Counted from the stretch's first letter, positions 37,911 to 52,324 are shown. The stretch: 64,000 nucleotides of DNA from Chiloscyllium plagiosum (GCF_004010195.1 NC_057718.1:40358712-40422711), one strand, 5' to 3'. The notes: generated from the sequence alone by a model not told the origin. Numbers and translations: made by a program.

Positions 37911-38904
37911 CCTTTTAGAGCACTGAGTGACATGAGCTATGACATGCGAGTCACCTGGCGAGACCTATCTCAATATCGAGAGCATCTCATTTCATCTTCT
38001 ATGTTTTTGACTCATTGTTACTCATAATGCATACTTGTTAACTCATCTCATTGATGTCCAGCTTTCTGTCTGACCAAACTCATCAAACAAGACTAGATGT
38101 CGAGAAACCTTGACATGGAAGTCAGAATGGGCAACTAGCAACTTCAGCTCAGTGCTTACTTCAAATGATCTCCATGTTACTTAGGACCAAAGATCATCTC
38201 AGGGCATGATCAATGGGCATCAGCCACATGCACCCCTTATCCATGGACATTGGTATCTGGCATTTATCAACTGCTTCCCACCATAATAACTGGTGTGGGG
38301 GCACTGGAAACACAGACCTGCATTGAAGGGTGCACAAAGGCTGCAGCAGGGAGACTGTGGACATGGACAGGCACCAAGCTCACGTATTGGACCAGGCCGT
38401 ATCTTAGCCGACTTGCTTTCTCTCTTGCACTGTTTGCACATACTCACCTACCTGCTTGCCTGCACTATCCACGCCATGCCTTGTCATGCTGTGCCAGTTA
38501 CTACAGTCACATGACTAGGCTGTTTAGCTGTCCATCTTGCTGTACTGCATGGATTCCCAAGGCTTCCAGTAACAGAGGCTGTTTATTAGACATTGATCAA
38601 CGTTTATGAAACTTCCTAGCAGAGGGAGCGTCAGGGTTCTGGGCACTTCTGCTCCAGTCTGTGTGGTCAGGTTGCTCAAATGGTGGATGCAGGGGAGTCA
38701 GCTCACAGAAACTATGGGAGTTGGATTGGCAGGGTAGAAAGGGGCTAATGCAGCAGCTAGGAGACTTGGCAAATTAATTTTTCAGGATCAGCTCTGCAGG
38801 CTGGAGGGGATGGGGAGTTGATGGTATAGAATCCCTAAATTCTGGCCATCCTAATGTTGTTCTTTGGACCCCTTTTAGGGCACTGAGTGACATGAGCTAT
38901 GACA
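37911..38904 (+). repeat. 34-bp direct repeat pair, 960 bp apart
   Basis: CCTTTTAG(A/G)GCACTGAGTGACATGAGCTATGACA at 37911-37944 and 38871-38904. Confidence 0.85.
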
Positions 38905-39556
38905 CCTCCCTGTCCCAGACAATTGAAAACACAATCTCATCATTGGTTCTGAATAAACCAGGACTAATGCCGCTTAATATTTCAATCATTGGTCTAGGAT
39001 AATCAGAAATCATTTCACAAAATAGTCCAGTTTTGTTTTTAGTTCAAGCTTGTGATGACAAGGTTTTTGTAGCCTCACTGAATGTGTGAATGTCGCAAAG
39101 CTAATATGCTTATTATAACTGATCTTTTTGAAATACAGGATTCCATGAGCCAGTTTCTGCATATTTGTATCAGGTTCTCCTTTTAACTTGTACATGCTTT
39201 TACCATCAGGAGGGTGCAATAGTGCAAGCTTTTCCATAGCTGTTAATGATGGGCCTTGAGCTCAAGATATCCAACCAGTGATGCACTTCTCTAAGCAGCT
39301 CGGATTTTCTTTTGAGCCAGTCAGTACCATGAATATTAAAACTGAAGATTGCTTCATTCTCTGTTGGATATACAGGATTCTAGTACTATAGCTACCAGGC
39401 CAATTACAATTCAGGTCTTGTGAAATTGGGAGACAATAAATTTACATCAAAATATTACATTCAGAGTGTAAAGCTAGAAAAATCTTAATTTAAAATATCT
39501 GCTTTTCATTTTATTAATTAAACAAATTCTAAAGTCACAATTTCCATGTTTTGCAG

Positions 39557-40047
39557 ATGAAAAATTGTGTGCAGTTGATGGAGTGCATGGGATTCATGAA
39601 CTCCATATATGGGAATTGGCTGGAGGTAGGCATATTGCAACTCTTCATGTGAAATGCCTGGATCTTTCCTCCTACGAAACAGCAGCATTACAAATACGTG
39701 AAATCTTCCATAATGCAGGAATTCACTCTGTTACCATTCAGGCAGAGTTTGTTGATACAGTGCCTGGTTCAACTCTAAAGTGCAATTTTCCCTGTGTCCG
39801 AAAGGAATGTGAAAATAAAATGTGCTGCATTTCTCAAAATGACTGCAACCTTGATGCAGAAGGTTCCATAGAGATGCGTAACAATTCTCCAGGGCCATCG
39901 AGAAATGGCTTCATGGGTAACAATGCAGCAGAAGATAATGTAGAAGAACTTTCTATTCTTCCATCCTATGACCTGACAACAACTAAACAGAAAGAAGGAA
40001 AGGAAGCCACAAATGGGCTGTCGCATTTGCACAGTACATCACTATAA
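39557..40047 (+). CDS. SLC30A10: SLC30A10 terminal exon 4 (cytosolic CDF dimerisation domain and Cys-rich tail)
   Basis: ttgcag acceptor. Encodes HELHIWEL...ATLHVKC...IREIFHNAGIHSVTIQ...CNFPC...C..KMCC, stop TAA at 40045-40047. The four exons total 1248 nt, giving 415 aa. Confidence 0.95.
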
Positions 40048-42295
40048 TTTGATTTTATAGGCAAGAAAGATTTTGCATTGAAGTTGAATTTAGGACTGGT
40101 AAACCTACAGATTATACTCATTATTAAAAGCAAGACTGCTACAGCAGAGTTTGATGTAACTATTAACGAGCAGCTTCTTCATTATAACCTGTCTGAAATG
40201 AGTTTGATGAACTAAATACAGATCACAACAGCTATCTTATTTGTGCTGCTATAAAAAGTGAAACAAAGTGGCAAATTACAATTTTAATGTTTTACTTCTT
40301 GTGTACATTAAATCTGAGTGAATTCCTCAGTTCTATTTAATTTCTGTTGCATGAAATCTTTAACTTTGACATTGCTGTCAGATGTCCGGTACTGACCATT
40401 TTTTTCAGAGCATTAAAAGACCATTTAAATTGTTCAAATCTCATTAAACCACAGCCATTGAATTTTGTTTTGCATGACTGTATCATGAAATTATCAGGTA
40501 TCAGGGAATTGTTTTTTTTACACAACTGTTCAGCAGGGTTGTTTCCAGACAAGCTGCTCTTTCTAATGAGTTTTGTCTGGAAAGCATCAGTCTGATTGCT
40601 AATCTGTGTTCTTCATTAAAAAACAGTGTGATGTTCTTTGTTGCCACCTGAGTTTTATTAATTACAATTACAAACACTGGGGTAATTGAATGGGAGACAT
40701 GTCTTTATTCTAAACAGTGATTTGGATCCAGTGAATTCCTGAGATTGAGATAATATGGATTCAGTACTGAGTAAGAATCAAAACATGTGGATTGGGAGAG
40801 GGCACAAAAATAAACTTTCATCTGGATTTGGTGGGGGAGCCATAGGTTTCTTGTATTCTAACCAAATTACTGCTTTAACTTTCAGTGATGTTGGTGGGTA
40901 TGGGTGGGGTGGAGGGAAGAGTGGAATAGGATTTGGATGATGACAGGAAGAGAGCAAATTTGCCATTCATCCCGATCGCAAGGGGACATGCTTTGGGAAT
41001 AGTCTAAGCCACTTTGAGAATTTGGGTCTTTGTGTTGTTATGAAATCTGTGGGTGAACTTATTCAGTAATTTTTGGTTAATTTGTAATTGTAATTACTAA
41101 CAAGCTTCTGAAAACCACATGTACTGCTGTGGTTGTGAATCCTTTTTAGATGTTTGGATGGTATAGTTTTGTTACTAGATGCATTTGTCACAAAATCACA
41201 TCTCTGATTTATTGATATGTACTCCTATTCCTGCCCGGAGGTGTGATTAGAATGTTGTTCTTACAAGAGCCATAAATTTAATTCTTGTGGTAATTTTTCA
41301 TGAGATATTAAAAAACTGATAAAGTGAACAAGCCTAACGTTGGTCTAGAGATTGACGTGTTTTCTTCTGAAAGCTTGTGTATTTACAACAGATTTCAGGC
41401 AAAGCATTTAATGATAAACAAACCTCCTCAAAAGAGATTGAGTTGTAAGTTTAAATAAGTATGCCGAGGTTTTGCCTCATTAATTTTTGGAAGGAAATGG
41501 AAAGAGGTATTTCACAATTTTCACTCAATTGGTTACATATGTCAGGAATTGTTTGTATTCAGGTAGATGGTATGTGAAAGAAACAAGTTTGATGGGCTGA
41601 ATTTTGTTCTAATCTCACCCTGTGGTTTTGTTTTATACTCTAGCTTCACTTCAATGTGCAGTATGCCTTAAAATGATTTGTTTCTGTCAACAGTATTTGG
41701 CATCACACTGCCAAGAAACCATTTATTGCCAAAGCGTAAAGTCCAAAAAGATTAGAAAAGCAGAAACTATTAGGGCGATCAGGAAGGATTCTTTCACTTC
41801 CCCAGAATGAATCTGGATACTTAAATTGTACTTTAAACATGAAAGAATGTGGTAGAAATATATCCTTATTTTAGCCTACGTGTGCATATATCATACAGCA
41901 GTATCCAATCAGATTATCAACAATGCCATTTGCTGGGGGTTTACACATTCTCATAAGAAACAGTTCATTTTAATGAGCAAAATCATTATCAAATGTTAAA
42001 TTACTGCTTTGAACTGCCTTTCAAAAATGTTGTGATTTGTAGTTGTTTTCAAGATTACAGTTAATTCTGATTGAAAATTCTTGCGGAAATGTATTTCTTT
42101 TGTTCTGTTACTTCTGTTTGTAGTTATTGTGCTGCAATTAAAAGTGGGCACTGTATACTCTGAAAATAATCATCCTGCACAAGTGTTAATGGTAATAGTA
42201 TGCATGTATTGTTTGATATGCTTTTCAAGAGTGAATGATCTTCGAGAATGTGTAGACAGGTTGAGACAATATAAACGTGATACTTGAAATTTACA

Positions 42296-42393
42296 AATAA
42301 ATATACTTATTTTGAAATGTTATTCTCAATGGGAGAGTAAAGCTACTTGTTGTAAGATATGAGTGTTTACCTATGCAATAAAAATAAAATAAA
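42296..42393 (+). terminator. Probable SLC30A10 polyadenylation signals (3' UTR about 2.3 kb)
   Basis: AATAAA at 42296 and a run of AATAAA at 42377, 42383 and 42388, ending an AT-rich stretch with no recognised repeats that starts at the stop codon. Confidence 0.55.
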
Positions 42394-43559
42394 TCTTTGT
42401 GAAGGTAATGTTATTTTTGAAAGAATTCAATCATATATGTGTGGGTAAGAGAGAGAAACTTTGTACTGAGTATTTCAATGATCACAGTCTAATAATTGTG
42501 CATCCTCCTTGACAATCTTTGTCTCTAACTTATGTTTTATAGTTACAAGGCATTTTTTCGACCCTGTCTAGCTGTGTTTAACGTGTTTAAATGGGTATGC
42601 TCATGCTTTTGTCTGTCGTTTTTGCTCCTCTATCCATTTCTTCCAGTCTGTGTACAGTTTTGTCCTAGTTTGCCCCGGTACTGTTTCTCAGTGTCTAATT
42701 CTGTGTCATGATTTCTGCCTTCCTCCTTGTCAGTTTGATTAACATGCATATTGATAATGTTTTCTGCTTGAATCCAGACATCAATATTTTAATATATGTA
42801 TATCTCTCTGCCGTTTGAGACCTCATTGTCATTGTTTGTTTGAAACTAGGAAGTAGTTTTTTTAAAGTAAAATGTACTCATTGATTCTTAATTCCACTGA
42901 AGTCAAAAGATAGCAAACTTGTTAGAATCTGCATGTCACTTTGATGAAGAGCCTGCTGGTGGCTACATTTAGAATAGTGATACTCTTCACATTTTCTCAG
43001 CCAGACCTCACATGTTGAGAAAAGCTAGTCATGAACATATCACAGTACGAAGTAACTGTTGAGGTCTTGTGGCTCACAAGGTAGCATCATCAGGCAGATT
43101 TTCCACTTTCTAGAGTTCATGGGCAGTGGAGAGAAAGTTGTGAGTGTACATCGAAAGCAGAAGAGCAGATTCTTGATATCAAGAAAAATACTATCGTTTT
43201 TTTTCCCTTTGGGTTCAAGTGGCAAGTTCTGAATTTCACTAATGTGCCACGCCTACCTTATTTCCATGCTTCTATATCTCATCATTAACTAAACTTGCCT
43301 CATTTCTACGTAGCTTCCCATTCTCCTGTCCTTCACTGGTAAAGTCAATGGCATCAACTGCCAACATGAAAATCAGAGCAGTTCGCTGGCATTGGCAGCT
43401 TGATGCTTGTTTGTCTGGGTCTTCATCCAAAGCTATCTTCACTATGAGGACGCTGTGTACTCCATGAGCATTGACCTCTTCTAGCTTTCATCCAAGCATG
43501 TTGGCAACAGCAGACCATCAGCCCTACCACACTAGCATGAGCCAGCTTTTGAGCTAAAT

Positions 43560-43990
43560 CTCACACAGGTTCGATTCCTGCCTTTGGTCGCTGTCTAGAG
43601 TTTGCACATTCTCCCTTTTGTCTGTGTGGATTTCCAGTGGATGCTGTCATGGCCCAAAGATGTGCAGGTTAGGAAGTTTGGCTGTGATAAATCTTTGATG
43701 ACAGCGAGTCTAGAACCAGGGGTCACAGTCCAAGGGTACAGGGTAAGCCATTTCAGACTGAGATGAGGAGAAATCTTTTCACTCAAACTGTCATGATCCT
43801 GTGAAATTCTCTGCCAATAAAGCAGTTGAGGCCAAAACATTGAATGTTTCCGACAAGGAGTTACATATAGTTTTTAGTCTAAAAAAGGGGACAGAGTGCT
43901 GAGTTGGATGATCAACCATGATCATGTTGAATGGCAGAGTGAGCTTTAAGGGCTGAATAGCCTACCCCTGCTTCTATTTTCTATGTTTAA
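43560..43990 (+). mobile_element. Degenerate V-SINE piece followed by a CR1 3' end
   Basis: GGTTCGATTCC...GAGTTTGCACATTCTCC...CCAAAGATGTGCAGGTTAGG, then CR1-like 3' sequence ending TTCTATGTT. Confidence 0.65.
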
Positions 43991-46900
43991 AAGTCTCACT
44001 CCAGGATTTCCTGGCAATAATGGGAGCATTCCAGATGGGACCAGGCCTGCTGATAATTTCCTTGTCTTTTTGATACACCGATGTCATCTGCTAAGAGCAG
44101 GAGAGATTCCTGATTAAACATTACACAGATTACAGCTTCAGTCACAGCAGAAATCGTACAGGAAAAGAGTAATGAGGAGGTCTACGTCCAAGACTGATGA
44201 ACACGGCTGAAGCAGGAGAAGTGACCATGGACAGTAACAGATCGGGAGCCAGTAGCCAGATGTTTCTGAACCAGCGCAAGGGGAATTTAAAGATAGAAAG
44301 TGAAACTAACCTCAGTATCCATTGGATAAATTATGGACTTGTGTGGTCTTTCACATAATTAAAACCTGCCGAAGAGTTTTTTTTTCTGTTTGACTGAATG
44401 TTTGCGTGAAATGTGCTCGACAGTGAAAGTTACCAGAGCCCCAAAGGCTATGTCTGTGCAGTGCATGAATCTGTGGATAGTGTTCTTTTCCTTTAGGGAA
44501 TCTCACATTGTTGGGTGCTGCAGCCCCCTCCCTCACAGGTCCATCTACCCTCTGTGTGGCTGCAGCCATTTTCTTTCCCATTGCACACTTAGTATTTCCA
44601 CATATTGGAAGATGACAGTGAGTGCTCCTCTGTCTGGGGTTTGCAGCCTCTGTGTCCACATATCAGTCAACCCCCAAATATCCATATCCCTTTCCTTGTA
44701 ACCCTGACCATAAACCCTTGACATCTCTCCAGCTCCCAACCCAATATGAGTCTTCACCTGTCCAGCTTTTTCCCCCAAGCTGCTGATTTCTGATGTGACA
44801 ATGTTTTGTCATACACTACCCTCTCCTTGAAACCAGGGTGCACCTGATTGGATTTAAGCATTCCTGCAAAAGCCCCTTCCTCTCCAGGTTTTATCTTCCC
44901 CTTTGCAGATACCGTCACCCCCCAGCACCACCCCAGCTCGCCTGAAGAATAACTTGCCATAGCATCTTCCCAGGGCAGCAACCCCCCTCCCCCCCAACGC
45001 TCCTTTTCAGTTTCTGAGAATGGACTTTGCAGACTGTGGCCCATCCCCTTCAGTAATGTAATCTGAGAGCCCTGGACCAGAAGTGCAAGACCTCTGTCTG
45101 GTTCACGTCCCCAACTGCATTAGCCTTATCCCTTGGACTAACTACTATGGAGCTGCAGGACTGACTGTGACCCGTTCACTGGACTGTAGAGGCACAGCCC
45201 CCCTGACCATGTCAATTCTGGAGACTAGCACTGGAGACTATCCATTGCTTACACTGCCAAGATCCCCAGACTGATGGATTCCCTCCATGGCCTTTGATGA
45301 GGACTACTCCCCTAAGAGTTGAAACATGGCTATGCACTTGCTCCACATGCAGTGTGTTTGTCACATACGCTGTTGGCACATGGTGAATATGTGAGATTGA
45401 CATAGCACCCTGCCGTACAGCAAGATGTCTATCCCCAAGACTGAGGGATTGCTGAGTCAGCAAGGCAGGATGCCTGATGATGTGTCTTTACTAAGAGGCA
45501 CAGCAAGGCATGAATGGTAAAAGCTAAGTGAGTGCTAAGAGAGAGACAGCATGCAGACCTGAGATGCAGCCTGGTCCAAACCGTGAACTGGGGGCCTACC
45601 CCATGTGTAAATAATGTCCCTACTGCAGCTTTTCAATGGTAGTTACTCATGTGCTGTGCAGTACAAGTCTGTGAATCTAATGTGCCCTGCCAGTTTATGG
45701 GAGAGATGCCATGATGGTCAGGATGGATTGTAAATGCTACATGCCCTGACTCAGTAATGCCCTTTAAATGGGAGGGTCACTGCCATCCAGTCTTGCCTAC
45801 ACGTGACTCCAGATCCACAGCAATCTGTTTAAGTCTTAACTGCCTTCTGGGAAATTAGGGACAGGTAATAAATCCTGTCCTAGCCAGTGACACCCTCATA
45901 CCATGAATGAACAAAAAAAATGTCAATATCTGGATGAGGGATGTGTGTGTGACAGGAGCCCATAGATCTTGCCCTGAAACACTGTTTTGAGGTATGTAAC
46001 ATGGAGGTCCTTTAGAACAAGCAGCGAGCTGAATCCACCCCCTCTGGTTGACATGTTGAGTTTTTTCCTAAAGCTGAATGTTACTGAGGTGAGTCGTGCT
46101 GTTAGCAAGCTGGTTAAGAGTATTAAATCTCCATTAATTGGTAACTCACTACTGTCCAGGGGTGTCAAATGACTTATAGTTACTGCACATTGAATGCATA
46201 TATGCTGGTTTCTTGCATTCTAAGCTATACCAAATGCAGCAAAAGGATTTAAACAGGAATTCAGTTATTTAAGTAATGTGCATAAACTACATTAAATCAG
46301 TCTTAAAAATTTGGACTCAAGTTAATCTTATTGAGAGAACGGAACTCGTACAGAATTAACTTTAAGAACTGTCACCTGACAACTTCAGCACCAACAAGTA
46401 TAAAGATGAAAAGCTGGTTATTCATGTGCTAAGGATAGGGAGCTGAAAATCAGTGTGCACGCAAAGTGTGAGGCACTATAGCTGATAGGTATTGTGTACA
46501 TCCCACAGATCTTAGTGTATAATTTTTGGTATTCCTGGGTGTGAGTATGCAGATATTTAATGTAAAATGCCAAATTCAGGTTCTGGGGAAAAATGGTTAA
46601 AAATGTGTTTTTCTTTCAGCGAATTGTCTGACTGAACCAAAAATTTAAAGTTTGCGTAACACATCCCCCAGAAATGGCAACCTTGTCCATTTTCTTCCAA
46701 ATGTATAAAATTAATATTGAATATTTATATTTAATAACTAATAAAAGTTTACACATTTTAAACTGATCTGCATTTGCGACTGGTGTTACAAGTGGAAGCG
46801 AGCACTATTCTTTTTGAAAAGCACTACTTCTCAGTACACTTACCTCTGTTACCACTGCTGCTTACTTCGCATTTAGTGATATGTGAACATTTGTTGTGCA

Positions 46901-47126
46901 GCAATTGTTTAGCACTGTAACTTATAGATTTCTGGGTGTCTTCGTGCATGATTCTCAAAAAGTTAGTTTGCAGGTAAAGAAATAATTAGAAAAGTTAATA
47001 GAATGTTATTAGTTATTGCAAAGGGAATGGAATAAAATGTAGGAAGTGACCCTGGCGAAATACATACTATTTGTCACCTTATTGAAGGAATGATGTAAAT
47101 GTGTTAGTCTGACCTTTCCAAAACTG

Positions 47127-47354
47127 AGCTGAAAATGTGTTGCTGGAACAGCGCAGCAGGTCAGGCAGCATCCAGGGAACAGAAGAATCGACGTTTCGGA
47201 CATAAGCCCTTCTTCAGGAAGAAGTGCTTTCCTGAAGAAGGGCTTATGTCCGAAACGTCGATTCTCCTGTTCCCTGGATGCTGCCTGACCTGCTGCGCTG
47301 TTCCAGCAACACATTTTCAGCTCTGATCTCCAGCATCTGCAGACCTCACTTTCT
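47127..47354. mobile_element. Family A palindromic element with 14-bp TSD and a hammerhead core on each strand
   Basis: CCTTTCCAAAACTG at 47113-47126 and 47355-47368. Inverted arms of 95 bp (47126-47220 and 47229-47323) with one mismatch. Confidence 0.88.
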
Positions 47355-50300
47355 CCTTTCCAAAACTGCACAATCTGAAATTGAATTGAAACCAAAAGCT
47401 GAGTGATTGACTTGGGCATGATTGAACTGATTTTGCCAAAATTTGATTACAATAGAAAAGAAAAGAGGTTGTATTTTTATAATGCTTTTTATGACTACTG
47501 GATATCTCAAAGCACATTGTCGTCAATGTAGGAAAGACAACAGACAATTTCTGCGTAACTGACTCCCAGAACAACCAAATGATGATAACCCGATAATAAA
47601 TGATAAAACATCTGTTTGTTGTAATGTTGACTGAAAGATAAACATGACTGGTTCATGAGGGGGAATTAATCCACAACCCCCCCCCCCCCCCCCCCCCCCA
47701 CTGTTTAAAATAATATGATGGGCATTGTATTATAGCTTGTAGCAGATATGAAATATATCTTTAAGGGACATGCTTATGTTATCATCACCAAATCATGGCA
47801 TGTTGACTTCATGGTATAAAGCCCTCAGTTTTCATCTTACTGAGCTTGGACCTCTTGGAACATTGCACCCTGAGGGAAATATGAATCACTTGAGACAGAC
47901 ATGCAAATGCCTGTGATTGTAATGTACATATATAAATATCAGGAGCTGCATCAAAAATTCATTGAATTGTTCAGTTTCATGTAATCCGTGTCTCATTTCA
48001 TGTTGCAAGAGATAATAAAGTACCATAGCATAATAGTTGCAGATCATCAGCTATCAATGCCTTACCACATCAGGATGGCAGCAAAGTAGTAAGCACCAGT
48101 AACTGATTATTAAAAATCCTCACTGAAGATTAGAGTGCCCTGGACTATTTGAGCAACCAAGCACGATTTGTTTTTGCGAATACAGATCTTTAACTTATAA
48201 AGCCAGTAGGCAGACTTTGATACTTTTCACTCAAATGTTCAAGACCAATCAAGCTAGAAGCCCACTGTCTCTTTAACAAAAATAAAATACAAAGTTTCAA
48301 CCTACTTCCCAACAGAACATTTAAGATACAGCCATTAAAATACTTGTAACATGTTTAAAGGCAAAGTCAGCAGCTAAATGCTTCTGACAGATTTAAAGCT
48401 AACATCCAACAGTCAGAGAATACTATCAATTTAATGGAAGTACCATCATGTTTGGCAAAACAGTGTTTTAAAAACTGAAAAGTGACTTTTTAAACTAGCG
48501 AAGCTTAACTGTACGCAATAGTTGGTTGGTTATGCCCTTTTACTTCAGTTGTTGCCAAAACTAACATATCATTCACTCTTCCCACTAGTGGCTTAAACCT
48601 GCTACTACAGGCCTTTATTTATTAAAGATACTGACTTTACTCAGCATAACTTTATAAAAAGCAAACAACCATAGAAAATAAAGTAAAATAGAAAAAAAAG
48701 GAATAGAGTCATAGAAATGTACAAAATGGAAATAGACCCTTCAATCCAACTCATACATGCCGGCCAGATATCCTAAACTAATTGAGTCCCATTTGTCAGC
48801 ACTAGACCTCTCGACCCTTCATATTCATATACCCATCCAGATTACAGTACAGTGAACTAAGTTAAAGAAAGGAACAAACAAGCCCTGCATTCTACTCAAT
48901 AAAACAAAAAGTCACAGATCTTTAATAATTAATTATAATGGATTAGGCAGCAACTGACAACATCACTAAATTAAAACTATTTAAGTAACATCAAGCTTTA
49001 AGTAATCCTGACAGGAGACTTTTAAAAATATTATTTGCTAGTAGCAAGGGGGCACTTTGCATCATATACGCATCAAATCTTCTTGACGACGGTAAGAAAG
49101 TTCCTGAGTAAATCTGGAATGTACTTGAAGACAAGCTGAAGACTACCTGAACAACTTTCAGATTAACAGAGTCCAACTCTTGTCTAATAGACAAATGCTC
49201 CGGAATCTGTTAATGAATTTGTTGTTTGATGCTGCATGTGATTTCTCTGAAGAAGAACTCCAAGAGGCTAATTGAATTTGTTCTCTATTCTGATCAAAGC
49301 CTTTTGGAAATATCTAGGGAAGATAAAAGACCATGTCACTGAAGGTTTATTAAAGGTTGGACACTAACATGAAGCCACAGAGACAGGGAAACTTCAACTG
49401 CATACTTTGGAAGCAGACAAGCTATTGCACCAGTCAGCAAATTGCACCAAACCAGTTTATCACATTTATTCAGAAGATGTATGGCCTTTCCTCACATCTG
49501 TAAAACATATGGCACCAAAGGACACTGGCCACATATGGAGAAGATCTGGCTTTAAAAGCCAAGCCAGACCCTGATGACCAAAAAGGTGGTGCAATGCTGG
49601 CAATGTGGAAAGCTGCCTGAATGTATGCAAACATATCAATAAAGTAAAAAGTCAAAAAACTGAAAAGCAACCATTAAAAGATGATCAAGGCCCTGATATT
49701 GACAACATCGTGCCCCATGTTGACAGTATATGCAGCAGATTTAATAACCATCAATATCATATGTTCTCAAAATGCCAGTCAACAAAACCTGAAAGGCAAA
49801 TTTGATACAGAAGCTGTTGCCAACATATTACCACTATACATCCGAAAAGACATGTTCCTCAACTAGTGCACTCCATGGTATAAGTTACAAAGATCATCTC
49901 ACAACATACAACAGCTCCTCAATTTCATGTGGTGCATAATGACATTCTAATGCCAACGTGCAAGTTCAGCTTGGATTCCTGAAATGTTCTACCTGGGTTA
50001 GGGACTACTTCTTTGTACAAATCTCAGCATCATAACCATTTATGAGTTTATGGTGACAAGAATACCCTCTTCAAAGACAAGGAGAACGAAAGAGATGCAC
50101 CATCAACAGATGCAGGTAAAAACTACCACAACTACACACTGGGTAGAGAGTGGGTCAGAAATCCAGTGGCAAATACCTGGAAACCAGCAAAGGTTTCTAG
50201 GCAACACTACTGGGCTGGCTTGTCTGAAGTCATTACTGATCATGACATTCCAAAGAAAGAGAAGCCAGTTCAGACCAGTGCATTATTTACCAATCATGCA

Positions 50301-51486
50301 CATAGAAATTGAGGAAGAAAACTTCAGCGCTGATGATTGTGTGATGACCCTGATGGATAAAACTTGCAGCAAGACAACCAGGTTTTCAGCCAATAGCAAC
50401 TGGGAATAATATGTACCTCACAATATGGGTATACAACAACCAGATAAAGACAAATTCTCAAGCCTCCAGAACATTATATCAAAGTTTGAATTATTAATCT
50501 TGTCACTCTGTCTGTATAATTGGTGGATTGCCATTGAATTACCTTTGGGATTTATTTTATTTGGAAAAAGGGAGGTGTTGTGTTATGTCTTGCAGCAGAT
50601 GTGTGAGACACCTTTAAGGGACATATCACGATATGTGCCGTAATGTTATAAAGCTCTCAGTATCCATCTGACTGAATTCTGTCTTCTTGCAGCATGGCCT
50701 GCTGAGGGAGATGTACTCCACTACATCTGAATTACTTATCTTGAGCCCAAACCACATGCCTCTAATTGTAATGTACATTTCTAATAAATTGTAATGGAAG
50801 TCCACCGAATTCTTTATTACTGTGTGACCCATATCTCATTTGTATGTTATGGAAACTAACGTAAGTATTGCAGTGTGAATATTGCAGATCATCTGTATAT
50901 CTCTCACACACCACATCAGTGAGATCTTCTACATTTACCCAAGCAGCAGATTAGGCCTTGGTTATATACCTCATTTGAAAGATGGCGCCTCCAGCTGAAC
51001 TTGCACTGTCTCAGTACTGTATTGTAATGTTAACCTTATTTTGGGCTCACACTCTGGAGTTGGACTTTAACGCCAGAATTTTGTTATTGAGAAGTGAGAA
51101 TGCTACCAACAGAGCCACAACTGACAATCACATGCCTGTAAGAAAAAAATCTTCACATATTAAACCTGGTCATACAAGATGCAGACTGGCACATTGGTGG
51201 ATGCAATGGGCTTCATAATTACAGAAGAAATGGCACTCTTGTTACTTGTCATTAAAATTGTAGAAGGGATGATAGATTAAGAAGTTGGGATGCCTCAACT
51301 CACCACAATGTACTGACGAGCACTATTTTCGTCAACCCCTTTAGTCTTAATGCAGCTCTTATTCACTCCAATTAATGCATGTAGTCAAGCAGAAGAAGTG
51401 TGCTAAATTCTGATCAAAGGAATTATTCAAGTGATTCAAGCTTATAATATATCACCCTTCCCTTGCCTAAGAACCCTTGTTAATTA

Positions 51487-52324
51487 CTGTATATACTCGT
51501 GTATAGGTCAATATCATGTATAAGTTGACCCCATATTTTGGCCAAAAAATCTTGTATTTTCCATATATCTCGTGTAGAAATCAACCCTACTTTATCGCAT
51601 TAAATAGCATTCATTGATACCGGTAACTCTATTCATCATTCTTTGTTTACTATATCGCAGCTCTATTCATTCATTCATAACTCTACTGCTGCACTTGATT
51701 TACTACAGCATATTTTCATTCATTCATTCATTCAGACCGGTACTAAGTCTATCGGTTCTTAACGCACTTTTTTCACTATACATCCAAAAGTTAATATCGT
51801 TAAAAGGTTAATCATTTTAATTGTACCATTATATCTGAACAAAAGTGAGATATATTAGCTACATATTGGTATATCTTTAATTCTTTGAAAAATGTTTTAA
51901 TGTTGCTGAGGTTCATAACATATGAGAGTAAATGGGAGGGAAATGGAAGAATTTGGTGGGAAAGTTCAAGATGCTAACACATTCAGAATTTCCTAAATGT
52001 TTCATTTTAAGTGTGCCATTACACCAGGCCATGACAATGTTGAACAGTGTGATTTTGCAGGATTTCAATGAATCTTTGACATGTTAAATTTTCATACCAG
52101 TCTCTTGCTTTTATCCGGTAATTACCTTTACCGCAATTCATTGTGTTTTTCTTCTTTACTCGGGATTAGTTGTGCGATCAAATTGACTTTTGCTAATAAT
52201 ATAGTATTTTGAACTGCAGCATGAACTTCAGCCCTTCAAAATTTGTGCCCATGCATTAGTCGACCCCCTAATTTCAGCTTAAAACATTATCTTCAAAATC
52301 CGACCGATACACGTGTATGTACAG
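51487..52324. mobile_element. Non-autonomous Tc1/mariner (Tc2/pogo-like) DNA transposon
   Basis: TIRs CTGTATATACTCGTGTAT / ATACACGTGTATGTACAG, TA flanks, and subterminal (A/G)GT(C/T)GACCCC repeats. Confidence 0.72.

Noticed and set aside
44000..45720. Possible further old Harbinger-associated or other transposon relic
   Set aside because: Composition is suggestive, but I could not read convincing motifs or termini.
48991..49313. Possible LYPLAL1 terminal exon expected from synteny
   Set aside because: None of the three frames resembles the lysophospholipase-like C-terminus.
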